DNA of 64,000 nucleotides from an uncultured SAR86 cluster bacterium (GTDB lineage: Bacteria > Pseudomonadota > Gammaproteobacteria > Magnimaribacterales > D2472), in NCBI GenBank assembly GCA_902624425.1, contig CACNXK010000002.1:17873-81872 (forward strand). The letters are read 5' to 3'. The notes under the pieces were generated by a model. It ran no database searches, had not been told where the DNA came from, and was given only the letters and a program-made list of their open reading frames with translations. Below, in pieces: positions 1-9,558 of this stretch; position 1 is the first letter of the stretch; every line of letters begins with the position of its first letter. The translations under genes were made by a program, and so were the position numbers.

Positions 1-249
1 ATCGCCCGGAAAACCTTTTTGGACAAAAATTGGTTTTTCTTTACTTAGAAGTGCAACACCATAATGACCTTTACCGCCCCAGTGTTCAGCGTGATATCCA
101 ATTTCGTTTATTTCTTCCATAGGAAATTCAGGATCATCAACTTTTGTTTCTTGAAGACCTATAACATCAGGACCGAGATTATCTCTCAGGTGAATGAGCT
201 GATGTGGTCGAGCGCGAACACTATTTATGTTAAATGATATACATTTCAT
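1..249 (-). CDS. xthA: Exodeoxyribonuclease III (AP endonuclease), first 83 codons; gene continues past the left edge
   Basis: Open-ended ORF, absent from the supplied track. My translation from ATG (249-247) is [78 protein letters not shown]. This is colinear with the E. coli XthA N-terminus ([33 protein letters not shown]). The ATG overlaps the prc stop as TAATG. Confidence 0.88.
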   Translation of the reverse strand, partial: MKCISFNINSVRARPHQLIHLRDNLGPDVIGLQETKVDDPEFPMEEINEIGYHAEHWGGKGHYGVALLSKEKPIFVQKGFPGD

Positions 250-2318
250 TATGTATTTCTCCAGCTAAGAAAATTAGACTCTGAATCGATATAATCACCA
301 ATAATTTCTATACCTTGGAGCAAAGAATAATCTCTAATTGTATCAATATCCTCAGGATCAAAATTATCATTGAATTCATCCATACTTTCATAATCTTTGA
401 AAGTTTCCATGCCAAGAGATGATCTTCTTTTATTTTCGACCTCTAGAAGCCATTGCTTTCTCTCCTCTTGCTCAGTCCTTCTTTTAACAATGTTTAGAGA
501 AAGTTCTTTTTTATTTTTATTTAGATCATAGCGTGATCTAACATCTTTCAAATAGATTAGATTTGGATCAGTTGATAAACGCTCTTCAAATGCAACTAAA
601 GTCTTTTTAATAGCGATTGAGTCCTCTCTAAAAGCTCTATACCATGTTGGTTTTATTTTGTCCCATGGTAAATGGGTGGGAAGGGAGCTTTCACCAACCG
701 TTTCTATGTCCCAAGTTGATGGAAGAATAATGTCAGGATCTATACCTCTGCTTTGAGTGCTATCCCCACTTACTCTATAAAACTTCGACTCAGTAATTTT
801 TAATTGTCCCTCAGATAAATTATCTAATCTTTGCACTGTTCCTTTTCCAAATGTTCTTTGCCCAATTACTAAGCCTCTTTGATAATCTTGTATTGCGCCT
901 GCAAAAATCTCAGAAGCTGATGCAGAATACCTATTCACAAGGACTGCCATAGGCTTAGACCAAGCTTGTTTTACCATCCTATCGCCCCAGGGAATAATAT
1001 TTCCATTAGATTCTTTGATTTGAAGCGTTGCTCCTGCAGAGGTGAATAGCCCTGTAAGTTTATTTGCTTCTGTTAAAGCGCCACCAGAATTATTTCTAAG
1101 ATCAACCAAAACTGCATCAACAGATTGTTTTTTAAAATCTTCTAAAATATTTTTAACATCCTTACTGCTACTTTTATAATTTGGATCTCTAGCTTGCCAA
1201 GCTTCAAAATCTAAATAAAAAGACGGAAGGTCAATAATCCCAATTTTGTAATCACTTCCATTCTTGTTAAGAGAATAAATTTTTGATTTTGCTGCTCTCT
1301 CCTCTAATTCAACTATTTCTCTTTCAATTTTAATTATTTTACGAACACTATTGTCTTCGGCATCTCCAGGTATGATCTCCAAAGTTACAAAAGTCTGAGG
1401 CTCTCCTCTGACTTTCTGAACAACTTCATCAATTCTCCATCCGGTAACATCTTCAAAAATATCTTCATTATGTTGTTTTATCTTTACGATTTTGTCGTTT
1501 GGCTCCAGCTCTCCATTTTTTTCTGCAGGACCGCCTGGAACGAGACTTACAATCATTGCATAGTCCTCTGTTGCAGAATTTGAAAGCAATGCACCTATAC
1601 CGCCAAGTTTTAAACTCATATCAATTTCAAAATCCTCTGCATTATAAGGAGATAAATATGTTGAATGAGGATCAAACTGCCTTGTCATTATATTTATTGC
1701 TAATAAAAAGATATCTTCATCTTTTCTTTGCAATACTCTTTTAATTCTTCTTTCATATCTTTTTATGAGATTTGAAATAATCTTTTCTTCATCATCTTTT
1801 GCTAAAACAGAAACAACAAAATCATTTTTTGTTGTTTTCCTCCATCTTTCTTTTAATTCAAACATAGTAGATGCATATTCGTTATCGTCATAAAAAATAT
1901 CAATACCCTCATCTATAGTTAAATCAAAGCTATCTTTTTTAGCCACCTTAATTTGAAATTCAGAAATCTCAATGACCCTATTAAAGTAGGTATTGAGAAT
2001 TTCGTATGCCAAATTAATATCGAAACTTTCTTTATTTTTTTTGTAATTGATAGATTTTCTTTTAAAAGATTTTATTTCATATTTTAAAAACAGATTTTTA
2101 TTTCCATCTAACTCATCTAAAAGCGCATCAATATACAAATCATTAAAATTTTCTTTATCAATTTCTCTACTGTAGTGATGTGAGGATATATTATTAAAAA
2201 TCTCAGAACTCAAATCTTGATATTTTTTGGAAATTGAGAAATCAACTTTTTCAGATGATACAAATAGTGACAGTCCAAAAAAAGCAAATAAAAATAAATT
2301 TTTAATAATTTTCATCAA
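249..2318 (-). CDS. prc: Tail-specific / C-terminal processing protease (S41 family), periplasmic
   Basis: 689-aa ORF with a hydrophobic N-terminal signal-like segment ([16 protein letters not shown]). It has a PDZ-like GGIGA region and S41 signatures DLRNNSGG and [11 protein letters not shown]...TFGKGTVQ. Size matches E. coli Prc. Confidence 0.9.
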   Translation of the reverse strand: MMKIIKNLFLFAFFGLSLFVSSEKVDFSISKKYQDLSSEIFNNISSHHYSREIDKENFNDLYIDALLDELDGNKNLFLKYEIKSFKRKSINYKKNKESFDINLAYEILNTYFNRVIEISEFQIKVAKKDSFDLTIDEGIDIFYDDNEYASTMFELKERWRKTTKNDFVVSVLAKDDEEKIISNLIKRYERRIKRVLQRKDEDIFLLAINIMTRQFDPHSTYLSPYNAEDFEIDMSLKLGGIGALLSNSATEDYAMIVSLVPGGPAEKNGELEPNDKIVKIKQHNEDIFEDVTGWRIDEVVQKVRGEPQTFVTLEIIPGDAEDNSVRKIIKIEREIVELEERAAKSKIYSLNKNGSDYKIGIIDLPSFYLDFEAWQARDPNYKSSSKDVKNILEDFKKQSVDAVLVDLRNNSGGALTEANKLTGLFTSAGATLQIKESNGNIIPWGDRMVKQAWSKPMAVLVNRYSASASEIFAGAIQDYQRGLVIGQRTFGKGTVQRLDNLSEGQLKITESKFYRVSGDSTQSRGIDPDIILPSTWDIETVGESSLPTHLPWDKIKPTWYRAFREDSIAIKKTLVAFEERLSTDPNLIYLKDVRSRYDLNKNKKELSLNIVKRRTEQEERKQWLLEVENKRRSSLGMETFKDYESMDEFNDNFDPEDIDTIRDYSLLQGIEIIGDYIDSESNFLSWRNT

Positions 2319-2321
2319 ATT

Positions 2322-3410
2322 TTAAATAAGTTTCTGAATTTTGGCTGCTTCTTCTCTAACCATCTCTGGAGCACCAAGAAGTTGTCTGTTCACACCAATT
2401 CTCTTAAACCAATAATGAAGTCCTAGTAAATCTGTAAATCCCATACCGCCATGAACTTCTGTTGCTTTTTTTGCGACTGCCTTTCCAACCTCTGCAGTAT
2501 GAGCCTTGGAATGACAAGACATAAATCTTGACTCTTCTTCCTCCTCATCTAAGCAATGAGCTGCATGCCAAACCATCGCATAGCATGGTTCAAGATCTGC
2601 TGCCATTTCAGCACACATATGCTTTACAGCTTGAAATGAACCTATAACTCTTCCAAATTGTTTTCTTTCTTTTGAATATTCGACGGCTTTATTAATCATT
2701 TCTTGAGCTGCTCCTAAAGTATCTGCTGCCAAAGCTACTCTTCCAGCATCGATTGACTTTTGAATAGGACTAATAGCGTCTTTGGATTTTTCTAATAACT
2801 CAACTTCCACATCTTTAAATATAACTTCAGAAAAAGATCTAGTTTTGTCTACAGTAGTGAGATGATTTCTAGTTAACCCTTTGGAGTCCATAGTCGTTAT
2901 AAATATTTTCCCACTTTTATCAGCGACCATAATATGCGAAGCATTATTTGAATCTAATACGAAGATTGATCTACCGTTAAGCTTGCCATTATCGTAAACA
3001 ATTTCACAATCTTCTCTTGCGCCAATAAATTCAGAAAAACCTACTGCAAAATTAATCTTCCCTGAGGCAATATCTGATAAATAAATTTTCTTTTGATCCT
3101 CAGAGCCACCATTTAAGATAGCAATTGGAGCCATTACATAAGAACCAACAAATGCAGTAGGAGCAATGCCTGACCCTAATGCCTGACTTACAGCTACAGC
3201 AAAAAGAATATCAAGACCTAGCCCGCCATATTCTTCAGGTACTAATAAGTTATTAATTCCAAGGGAAATAAGACCGCCTTGAATATCTTTTTGAAGCTCA
3301 GGTTGATCTGTTGCAATCTTTCTTATGATATCTACTGATGCGTTGTCATCTAAGAATTTCTTAATATTCTCTTGAAAAAATTCTTGATCTTCTGAGAGTC
3401 CGAAATACAT
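2322..3410 (-). CDS. Acyl-CoA dehydrogenase family protein, short partner of an adjacent ACAD pair
   Basis: 362-aa ORF with ACAD-fold signatures (VPEEYGGLG, FQAVKH, EVHGGMGF). The position of the usual Y-E-G-T catalytic motif reads LLGAPEM. It starts 1 nt after the stop of the 408-aa ACAD and is paralogous to 17702..18841. Confidence 0.8.
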   Translation of the reverse strand: MYFGLSEDQEFFQENIKKFLDDNASVDIIRKIATDQPELQKDIQGGLISLGINNLLVPEEYGGLGLDILFAVAVSQALGSGIAPTAFVGSYVMAPIAILNGGSEDQKKIYLSDIASGKINFAVGFSEFIGAREDCEIVYDNGKLNGRSIFVLDSNNASHIMVADKSGKIFITTMDSKGLTRNHLTTVDKTRSFSEVIFKDVEVELLEKSKDAISPIQKSIDAGRVALAADTLGAAQEMINKAVEYSKERKQFGRVIGSFQAVKHMCAEMAADLEPCYAMVWHAAHCLDEEEEESRFMSCHSKAHTAEVGKAVAKKATEVHGGMGFTDLLGLHYWFKRIGVNRQLLGAPEMVREEAAKIQKLI

Positions 3411-3411
3411 T

Positions 3412-4638
3412 TTAACTATCCTTTACCTTTGGCTCACGAGGCATTCCAAGACCTCTTTCAGAAATAATATTCTTTTGAATTTGACTTGTTCCACCCCCAA
3501 TTATTAGGCCTAAAAAATACATGTAAATAAATTGCCAACTACCTCCATCTCTTAAAAGAGGACTTTGTTCATACAATGTTCCTATTTCTCCCATGATGTC
3601 GATAGCAAAACCTTCTAATTCATGCCTCAATTCTGTTCCCACAAGTTTTTGGATCATCTTTCCTAGCTTTACATCTTGCCCAGGATTAATTTTTGAAGAT
3701 AAAGTTCTTAGGCTATGCGATTGAAAAGCAACTACTTTTCCTTGAAGCGCCATTAATTTGTCTCTATAAACGGGAATATCAATAAGTTTTTTTCCATCAA
3801 TTGATTCTTCTTTCATAAGATCAATAAGCATATTAACTCTATTCATAGTTGCATTTGGATCCGCAAGGGAGCCTCTCTCATGACTTAAGGTTGCATTAGC
3901 AACAGCCCAGCCATCACCTCTATTTCCAACAATATTAGTTGCTGGAATTTTTACATCTGTGAAAAAAACTTCATTAAATCCAGCTTTTAAAGTCATATCA
4001 ACTAAAGGTCTTATTTCTATTCCAGGTGTATCCATTGGAATAAGCAAATAACTTATGCCACCATGCTTTGAGGCATCGGGCTCAGTTCTTACAAGACAAA
4101 ACATCATTTGGGCATATTGAGCAGTACTAGTCCAAATTTTCTGGCCATTTATAACCCATTCATCATCAATAAGCTCACCTTTAGTTTGAAGGCTGGCAAG
4201 ATCACTTCCTGCATTTGGTTCAGAGTATCCTTGACACCAAATCATCTCTCCATGAAGGGTTGGCATAATATATTTTTGTTTTTGTTCTTCTGTTCCAAGT
4301 TCCAAAAGAGTAGGGACAAGCATATCAATTCCTTGTCCACCCATTCCTGAGGGAACTTTAGCTTTAGAGAACTCTGTTGCTATTATTCTTGATTTTATAA
4401 TGTCCGGATCGCCACCATATCCACCATATTCTTTTGGTACTGACCTTGCAAAATATCCTCTTTCAATCAGCAACTTTTGCCAGTCAGCCCTTGTAAGCTC
4501 TGGACCATGTTTCCCTTTTCCATCTGATGCAAGAGGTGATTGGGAGCTATCGACAAATCTTAGATCCTTATATTCATTACAAAAAGATTGAACCTCTTTT
4601 TTAAAGTCTTCATATTGTGGACCATAATTTAAATCCAT
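3412..4638 (-). CDS. Acyl-CoA dehydrogenase family protein, long partner of the pair
   Basis: 408-aa ORF with VPKEYGGYG, WCQGYSEPNAGSDLASL, NGQKIWTS and C-terminal GGGTSQIQKNII. It is paralogous to 18841..20034. TAATG overlap with the upstream DUF1330 gene. Confidence 0.85.
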   Translation of the reverse strand: MDLNYGPQYEDFKKEVQSFCNEYKDLRFVDSSQSPLASDGKGKHGPELTRADWQKLLIERGYFARSVPKEYGGYGGDPDIIKSRIIATEFSKAKVPSGMGGQGIDMLVPTLLELGTEEQKQKYIMPTLHGEMIWCQGYSEPNAGSDLASLQTKGELIDDEWVINGQKIWTSTAQYAQMMFCLVRTEPDASKHGGISYLLIPMDTPGIEIRPLVDMTLKAGFNEVFFTDVKIPATNIVGNRGDGWAVANATLSHERGSLADPNATMNRVNMLIDLMKEESIDGKKLIDIPVYRDKLMALQGKVVAFQSHSLRTLSSKINPGQDVKLGKMIQKLVGTELRHELEGFAIDIMGEIGTLYEQSPLLRDGGSWQFIYMYFLGLIIGGGTSQIQKNIISERGLGMPREPKVKDS

Positions 4639-5045
4639 TAGAAGTACTTTGTTTCAATATTTAGTTGACCCTCAAGACCTGCTGATCGGTGTTTTTCAAT
4701 CTCTTGGTAATAGGGGTCCATAATCATTTCAAGCATTGCTTTTCTACTTGGATATCTTGCTATTGCAACAGAGTCCCACAGATCCTCAACTTCTCCCAAC
4801 ATTAGTCTGCTAACCACACCAGAGAAAGTCATTTCAGCACCAACCTTCTTAAGACATTCTTGAACTTTTTCTCCATAAATAGCATATGCCTCAGCACCAG
4901 ATAAATTAGTCTCTCTACCATCCTCATACTCTGCCTTTTCTTTAAATTTAAGGAGATTTACCATAGCAATTGGAGTCTCTACGTCTCCTTCCATAAAACC
5001 ATTAAGTTGTTCATCATTTGGAGATAATTTATTAAATACTTTCAT
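4638..5045 (-). CDS. DUF1330-family protein (small alpha/beta-barrel, function unknown)
   Basis: 135-aa ORF. The pattern MVNLLKFKEKAEY.DG...SGAEAY.IYGEKV...VGAE..FSG...LGE.EDLWDSVAIARYPSRKAMLEM..DPYY matches my recollection of the DUF1330 family. It is embedded in the carboxylase/ACAD cluster. Confidence 0.65.
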   Translation of the reverse strand: MKVFNKLSPNDEQLNGFMEGDVETPIAMVNLLKFKEKAEYEDGRETNLSGAEAYAIYGEKVQECLKKVGAEMTFSGVVSRLMLGEVEDLWDSVAIARYPSRKAMLEMIMDPYYQEIEKHRSAGLEGQLNIETKYF

Positions 5046-5049
5046 TTTT

Positions 5050-5859
5050 TTATTTCCATTCTGGATCTCTTTTTTCTAAAAATGCTGTAATACCTTCTTT
5101 TGCATCATCACTTTTTAGACATTTTTCTAGCTGCTCTTTAAGGAAAGGAACAGCTTCATCAAAATCCATTTTATCTTGATGATTATATGCTTCAAGTCCT
5201 AATTTCATTGTTCCCGGAGCTAGTTTAGAAAGTTCGGATGCAATCTTATTAACTTCTTCACTTAGCTTCTCTCTATGAACAACCTTATTAACAAGACCAA
5301 ATCTTTCTGCATCATGAGAACTAATTTTATTTCCTCTCATAATGAAATCGAGACCTTGTCTTTTAGGCATAACTCTAAATAGACCAGCCATAACCATGAA
5401 AGGCCAAATTCCTCTTTTAATCTCAGGCGCAGAAAAAGTAGCTTCTTCAACAGCAATTGCATGAGTTGAATTTGTAACCATAAGAAGAGCGCCAGCAAGA
5501 ACAGGGCCCTGTATTTCACAAATCACTGGTTTATTCAAACTTCTTATTCTAAGGCTTATTTCTTCAGTTCCACCCCCGAGTGATGGCACATTCGAGGTGC
5601 TCTCAGATGATTTACCCGACATAGTACCAAGATCACCACCAGCACAAAACACATCACCATTTGCTTTTATTACTACAACTCTAATGTCTCTTTCCTGGGC
5701 AGCAAATGCCAACGAATAAATAATTTCATTAGCCATTACTGGATTAATGGCGTTCTTTTTTTCAGGCCTATTCAGAGTAATACACATAATATTTTTTACA
5801 ACCGACAATTCAATTGCCTCAAAGATTAGTCCTTCTAAAGATAAATTCTTATTATCCAT
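5050..5859 (-). CDS. Enoyl-CoA hydratase/isomerase (crotonase) family protein; AtuE/LiuC-like position
   Basis: 269-aa ORF with crotonase signatures ITLNRPEKKNAI, VVVIKANGDVFCAGGDL and GPVLAGAL. 8-nt overlap with the upstream AtuA-like gene. Confidence 0.85.
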   Translation of the reverse strand: MDNKNLSLEGLIFEAIELSVVKNIMCITLNRPEKKNAINPVMANEIIYSLAFAAQERDIRVVVIKANGDVFCAGGDLGTMSGKSSESTSNVPSLGGGTEEISLRIRSLNKPVICEIQGPVLAGALLMVTNSTHAIAVEEATFSAPEIKRGIWPFMVMAGLFRVMPKRQGLDFIMRGNKISSHDAERFGLVNKVVHREKLSEEVNKIASELSKLAPGTMKLGLEAYNHQDKMDFDEAVPFLKEQLEKCLKSDDAKEGITAFLEKRDPEWK

Positions 5860-7633
5860 TTTTAATTTCTTTTTTTAGTATCTTAGGAACTTCAATATGT
5901 TTAGCTCTTAAGTATTCACCAAGTGATTTTGCTTGTCCATCTTTTCTATTATTAGAAGAAATTCCATCTTCCAGAATGCCATGAATATAAAAATTTAATG
6001 ACTTTATATTTGGAAGATCATATCTTTCAATTTTGAATTCAGATAAGTCTGGAAGGAGTTCTTTTAGCTTTTCAACGGATAAATAAGAACTAAGAAAAGA
6101 AAAAGCCATATCAGTCTTTGCCCACACTCCTAAATTGGCACATCCGCCTTTGTCTCCAGACCTAGTCCCAAAAATCCTTCCAAAAGCTATTTTTTCTAAT
6201 TCATCCTCAGGGCAGGGGAGAATATCTACAGGTTCTTTTTGATAGTAAATATCATCGAGTCCTAACTCGCTTGTTGGAGTAATCTCGAACACCTCATCAT
6301 TTAAGTGAACCACTTCTTTAATATGCTTACTTTCTATTAATGCAGGCCAATAAACAATTACAGGACCGCTAGCCTTTACACCGCCTTGAGCAAAAAAGCC
6401 TGGATAGTTAGCAAGAGAAAGTTCAACGATTTTTGCGCTAAAAAGTCTTCCTACCAAATCAGGATCCTTTGATTTTACTGAAAGAGAAAGTGTTGCCATT
6501 GCCTCTTCATTTGAGTTTGGATTTTCTTTATCCGTTCTGTGAAGATCTGTTCGTACTTCATCAAACTGCTCTCTACCACCAACAAGATTAAAGAGAGTAT
6601 CTGTAAATGCTTGAGCTTTTTTTTCAATATCAAGCCCAGTTAAGATTAGATCCATACCATTTCTATAACCTCCAGCAAGATTAATACATGCTTTATGCTT
6701 ATTAGGAGGGGAGCTACCTCTGCAGCCCGAAACAAAGACCCTATCTTTATCAACATCCTCTATTTTTAATGTATCAAAATGAGCTACCACATCAGGATTA
6801 ATATAAGCAGGTGAACTAATCTCATATAAAAGCTGAGCAGTCACAGTTCCCGTAGAGACCAAGCCACCAGTGCCTGGATGTTTTGTTATAAAGAAATTAC
6901 CATCAGATTGAATTTCAGCAATTGGGAAACCAACATTTTCGAAACTTGGAACTTCTTCAAAGAAAGCGTAATTGCCTCCTGTTGCCTGACAGCCACATTC
7001 AATAATATGGCCAGCAGCAAGAGCGCCTGCAAGTTGATCAAAATCATCTCTTTTCCAATTAAATTTCCACGCAGCTGGACCAATTACGACTGCTGCATCT
7101 GTGACACGAGGGCAAACTACAATTTCAGCCCCTCTATCTAAAGCCTCTTTTATCCCCCATGCTCCAAGATAAGCATTAGCTGTCAATGTAGTGTAGCCAG
7201 AATCTTTAAGAGAGATTTCTTTATCGATATTTATAAACTCTTCACCACTGCTTTGAAGATCGCTCATTCTTGGCATTAAATCATCGCCATCGATATAGGC
7301 AACCTGCATTTCTAAACCTAATTCACTTAGAATAATTTGAATTTCATTTGCCATAGACTTCGGATTTAAGCCTCCAGCATTAGTAACAATCTTTATTTCT
7401 TTTTCCTTACAATTTTTAGCAACATCTTTTAGCTGTTTAAGGAATGTACCAACATATCCTTTATCATCTCCTCTTTTCAGCTTTTGGTTAAAAAGAATAG
7501 TCATGGTAAGCTCTGCCAGGTAATCACCAGTTAGGACGTCAATCGGACCTCCTTCAACCATTTCTTTTGCAGCAGATAATCTGTCACCATAGTAACCACT
7601 GCAATTTGCTATTTTTATTACTTCAGAACCCAC
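5852..7633 (-). CDS. AtuA-like protein (DUF1446 family, acyclic terpene utilisation protein A homologue)
   Basis: 593-aa ORF. The N-terminus IKIANCSGYYGDRLSAAKEMVEGGPIDVLTGDYLAELTM resembles the AtuA/DUF1446 family. It lies between the carboxylase alpha subunit and the hydratase, as in atu clusters. Confidence 0.7.
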   Translation of the reverse strand: MGSEVIKIANCSGYYGDRLSAAKEMVEGGPIDVLTGDYLAELTMTILFNQKLKRGDDKGYVGTFLKQLKDVAKNCKEKEIKIVTNAGGLNPKSMANEIQIILSELGLEMQVAYIDGDDLMPRMSDLQSSGEEFINIDKEISLKDSGYTTLTANAYLGAWGIKEALDRGAEIVVCPRVTDAAVVIGPAAWKFNWKRDDFDQLAGALAAGHIIECGCQATGGNYAFFEEVPSFENVGFPIAEIQSDGNFFITKHPGTGGLVSTGTVTAQLLYEISSPAYINPDVVAHFDTLKIEDVDKDRVFVSGCRGSSPPNKHKACINLAGGYRNGMDLILTGLDIEKKAQAFTDTLFNLVGGREQFDEVRTDLHRTDKENPNSNEEAMATLSLSVKSKDPDLVGRLFSAKIVELSLANYPGFFAQGGVKASGPVIVYWPALIESKHIKEVVHLNDEVFEITPTSELGLDDIYYQKEPVDILPCPEDELEKIAFGRIFGTRSGDKGGCANLGVWAKTDMAFSFLSSYLSVEKLKELLPDLSEFKIERYDLPNIKSLNFYIHGILEDGISSNNRKDGQAKSLGEYLRAKHIEVPKILKKEIKNG

Positions 7634-7635
7634 TT

Positions 7636-9558
7636 TTAAGAATCAACCACCATCAAAACGGCACCATTCTCGACCTGATCATTTTCCTTGATAAAAATAT
7701 CAGCAATAACTCCATCTTCACTTGCCTTTATAGAATGTTCCATTTTCATAGCCTCTAGAATTACTAGAGTCTCTCCAGATTTTACCTTTGATCCTTTTTT
7801 TACTTTTAAATCGACTACTTTGCCCGGCATTGGAGCTACCAATCCACCAGCTTGCACCTCAAGACCTGGCATTGAAAACCTAGGTTTAACTTCAAAAGAT
7901 ACATCACCGCTTGGGATATGAACTAATATAAATTCAGCATCCTCAGAAATTCTAGATTTGACTCTAACACCATCAAAAACAAGATCTATATATTTATCAT
8001 CGATATCAACTACCTCAACTTCTGAATTGAAAACTTGGAATTTATTTTTATTTATCAACTTGTATTCAACGAATATTTCATCACCATCGAGGAGAAATGT
8101 AATATTAGGATTTGGAAGTCTTCCATTTGTCCACCCGGATGGAATATAAGGTGCAATATCTGAAGAGATCCTATTTCTCATTTGTTTCCACATGGCTGCA
8201 GCTGTAAGTGCAAGATTAAGCTCATCATTAGTGAGGTTTTTTACTCTTGGTGGTTTAACTCTCTCTATAAAATCCGTTGTTGTATTTCCTTTTAAAAACT
8301 CATCAGATCTTAGTGTTGCAATTAAAAAATCTCTATTAGTAATAACACCGCCAATGTGAGAATCTTCAAGAGATTTAGCTAAAACCCTTGCAGCATCCTC
8401 TCTTGTTTCACCATAGGAAATAACTTTTGCAAGCATCGGATCAAAATTAGTACCAATAACTGAATCTTTATGAACACCAGAATCCCACCTAGTCATAAAA
8501 TCATTTTCAGCTTGTTCGTAGGCAAACATTTTTCCTGTTTCAGGCAAAAAATCATTATTTGGATTTTCAGCATACAGACGAGCCTCTATTGAGGACCCTG
8601 TCCACTCAATGTCTTCTTGTGAGAACTGTAACTCTTCACCTCTAGCAATTTTTAGTTGTTCAGCTACTAAATCTATTCCAGTAACTTCTTCCGTAACTGG
8701 GTGCTCAACTTGCAATCTTGTATTGACCTCTAGGAACCAAAATTCACCACTCTTATCATCAAAAAGAAATTCAACAGTTCCAGCAGACTCATATTTTATT
8801 TTTTTTGCAAGATCAACTGCTGCATTACCCATTGCGAATCTTATCTCTTCAGTTATCCTCGGAGATGGAGACTCCTCAATTATTTTTTGATGTCTTCTTT
8901 GGATTGAGCATTCTCTTTCACCAAGATGAATAACATTGCCGTGAGAGTCTCCCAGAATTTGGATTTCTATATGTCGAGATTTTTCTACATATCTTTCAAT
9001 AAAAACCCTCTCATCTCCAAAACCTGATAAAGCTTCTCTTTTCGCGCCTTCAAGAGACTCTTGTAGATCTTTTTTATCAGTAACCACTCTCATTCCTTTT
9101 CCGCCTCCACCTGCAGCTGCTTTTATTAGAAGCGGGTATCCAATATTTTTGACTTCTTTTTCGTTTGAGGTCATTGGAAGAGTGGGAACGCTAGCTTTTA
9201 TAGCAAGCTCTTTAGCTTTTAATTTATCGCCCATTACAGAAATAACTTTAGGTGATGGTCCAACCCAAACAATCTTTTCTTTAATGACTCTTTTAGCGAA
9301 TTCAGAATTTTCAGATAAGAAACCATAACCAGGATGAATAGCGCCAGCACTACTTTTTTGTGCTGCATCTAAAACTGCATCTATATCAAGATATCCTCCA
9401 TCTGGAAGAAGTACTGCTTTATCAGCAAACCTTACATGAGGCGCATCCTTATCTGCTTCAACATAAATTGCAATAGTTTGGATACCCATTGCTTGAGCAG
9501 TTCTCATTATCCTTAAAGCAATTTCTCCTCTATTTGCAACTAAAATTGAATCAAACAT
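7636..9558 (-). CDS. Biotin-dependent acyl-CoA carboxylase alpha subunit (biotin carboxylase + BCCP); geranyl-CoA or 3-methylcrotonyl-CoA carboxylase type
   Basis: 640-aa ORF with ATP-grasp motifs KAAAGGGGKGMRVV and EVNTRLQVEHPVTE. The C-terminus has the biotinyl-lysine motif LEAMKMEH. Architecture matches AtuF/MccA/PccA. Confidence 0.9.
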   Translation of the reverse strand: MFDSILVANRGEIALRIMRTAQAMGIQTIAIYVEADKDAPHVRFADKAVLLPDGGYLDIDAVLDAAQKSSAGAIHPGYGFLSENSEFAKRVIKEKIVWVGPSPKVISVMGDKLKAKELAIKASVPTLPMTSNEKEVKNIGYPLLIKAAAGGGGKGMRVVTDKKDLQESLEGAKREALSGFGDERVFIERYVEKSRHIEIQILGDSHGNVIHLGERECSIQRRHQKIIEESPSPRITEEIRFAMGNAAVDLAKKIKYESAGTVEFLFDDKSGEFWFLEVNTRLQVEHPVTEEVTGIDLVAEQLKIARGEELQFSQEDIEWTGSSIEARLYAENPNNDFLPETGKMFAYEQAENDFMTRWDSGVHKDSVIGTNFDPMLAKVISYGETREDAARVLAKSLEDSHIGGVITNRDFLIATLRSDEFLKGNTTTDFIERVKPPRVKNLTNDELNLALTAAAMWKQMRNRISSDIAPYIPSGWTNGRLPNPNITFLLDGDEIFVEYKLINKNKFQVFNSEVEVVDIDDKYIDLVFDGVRVKSRISEDAEFILVHIPSGDVSFEVKPRFSMPGLEVQAGGLVAPMPGKVVDLKVKKGSKVKSGETLVILEAMKMEHSIKASEDGVIADIFIKENDQVENGAVLMVVDS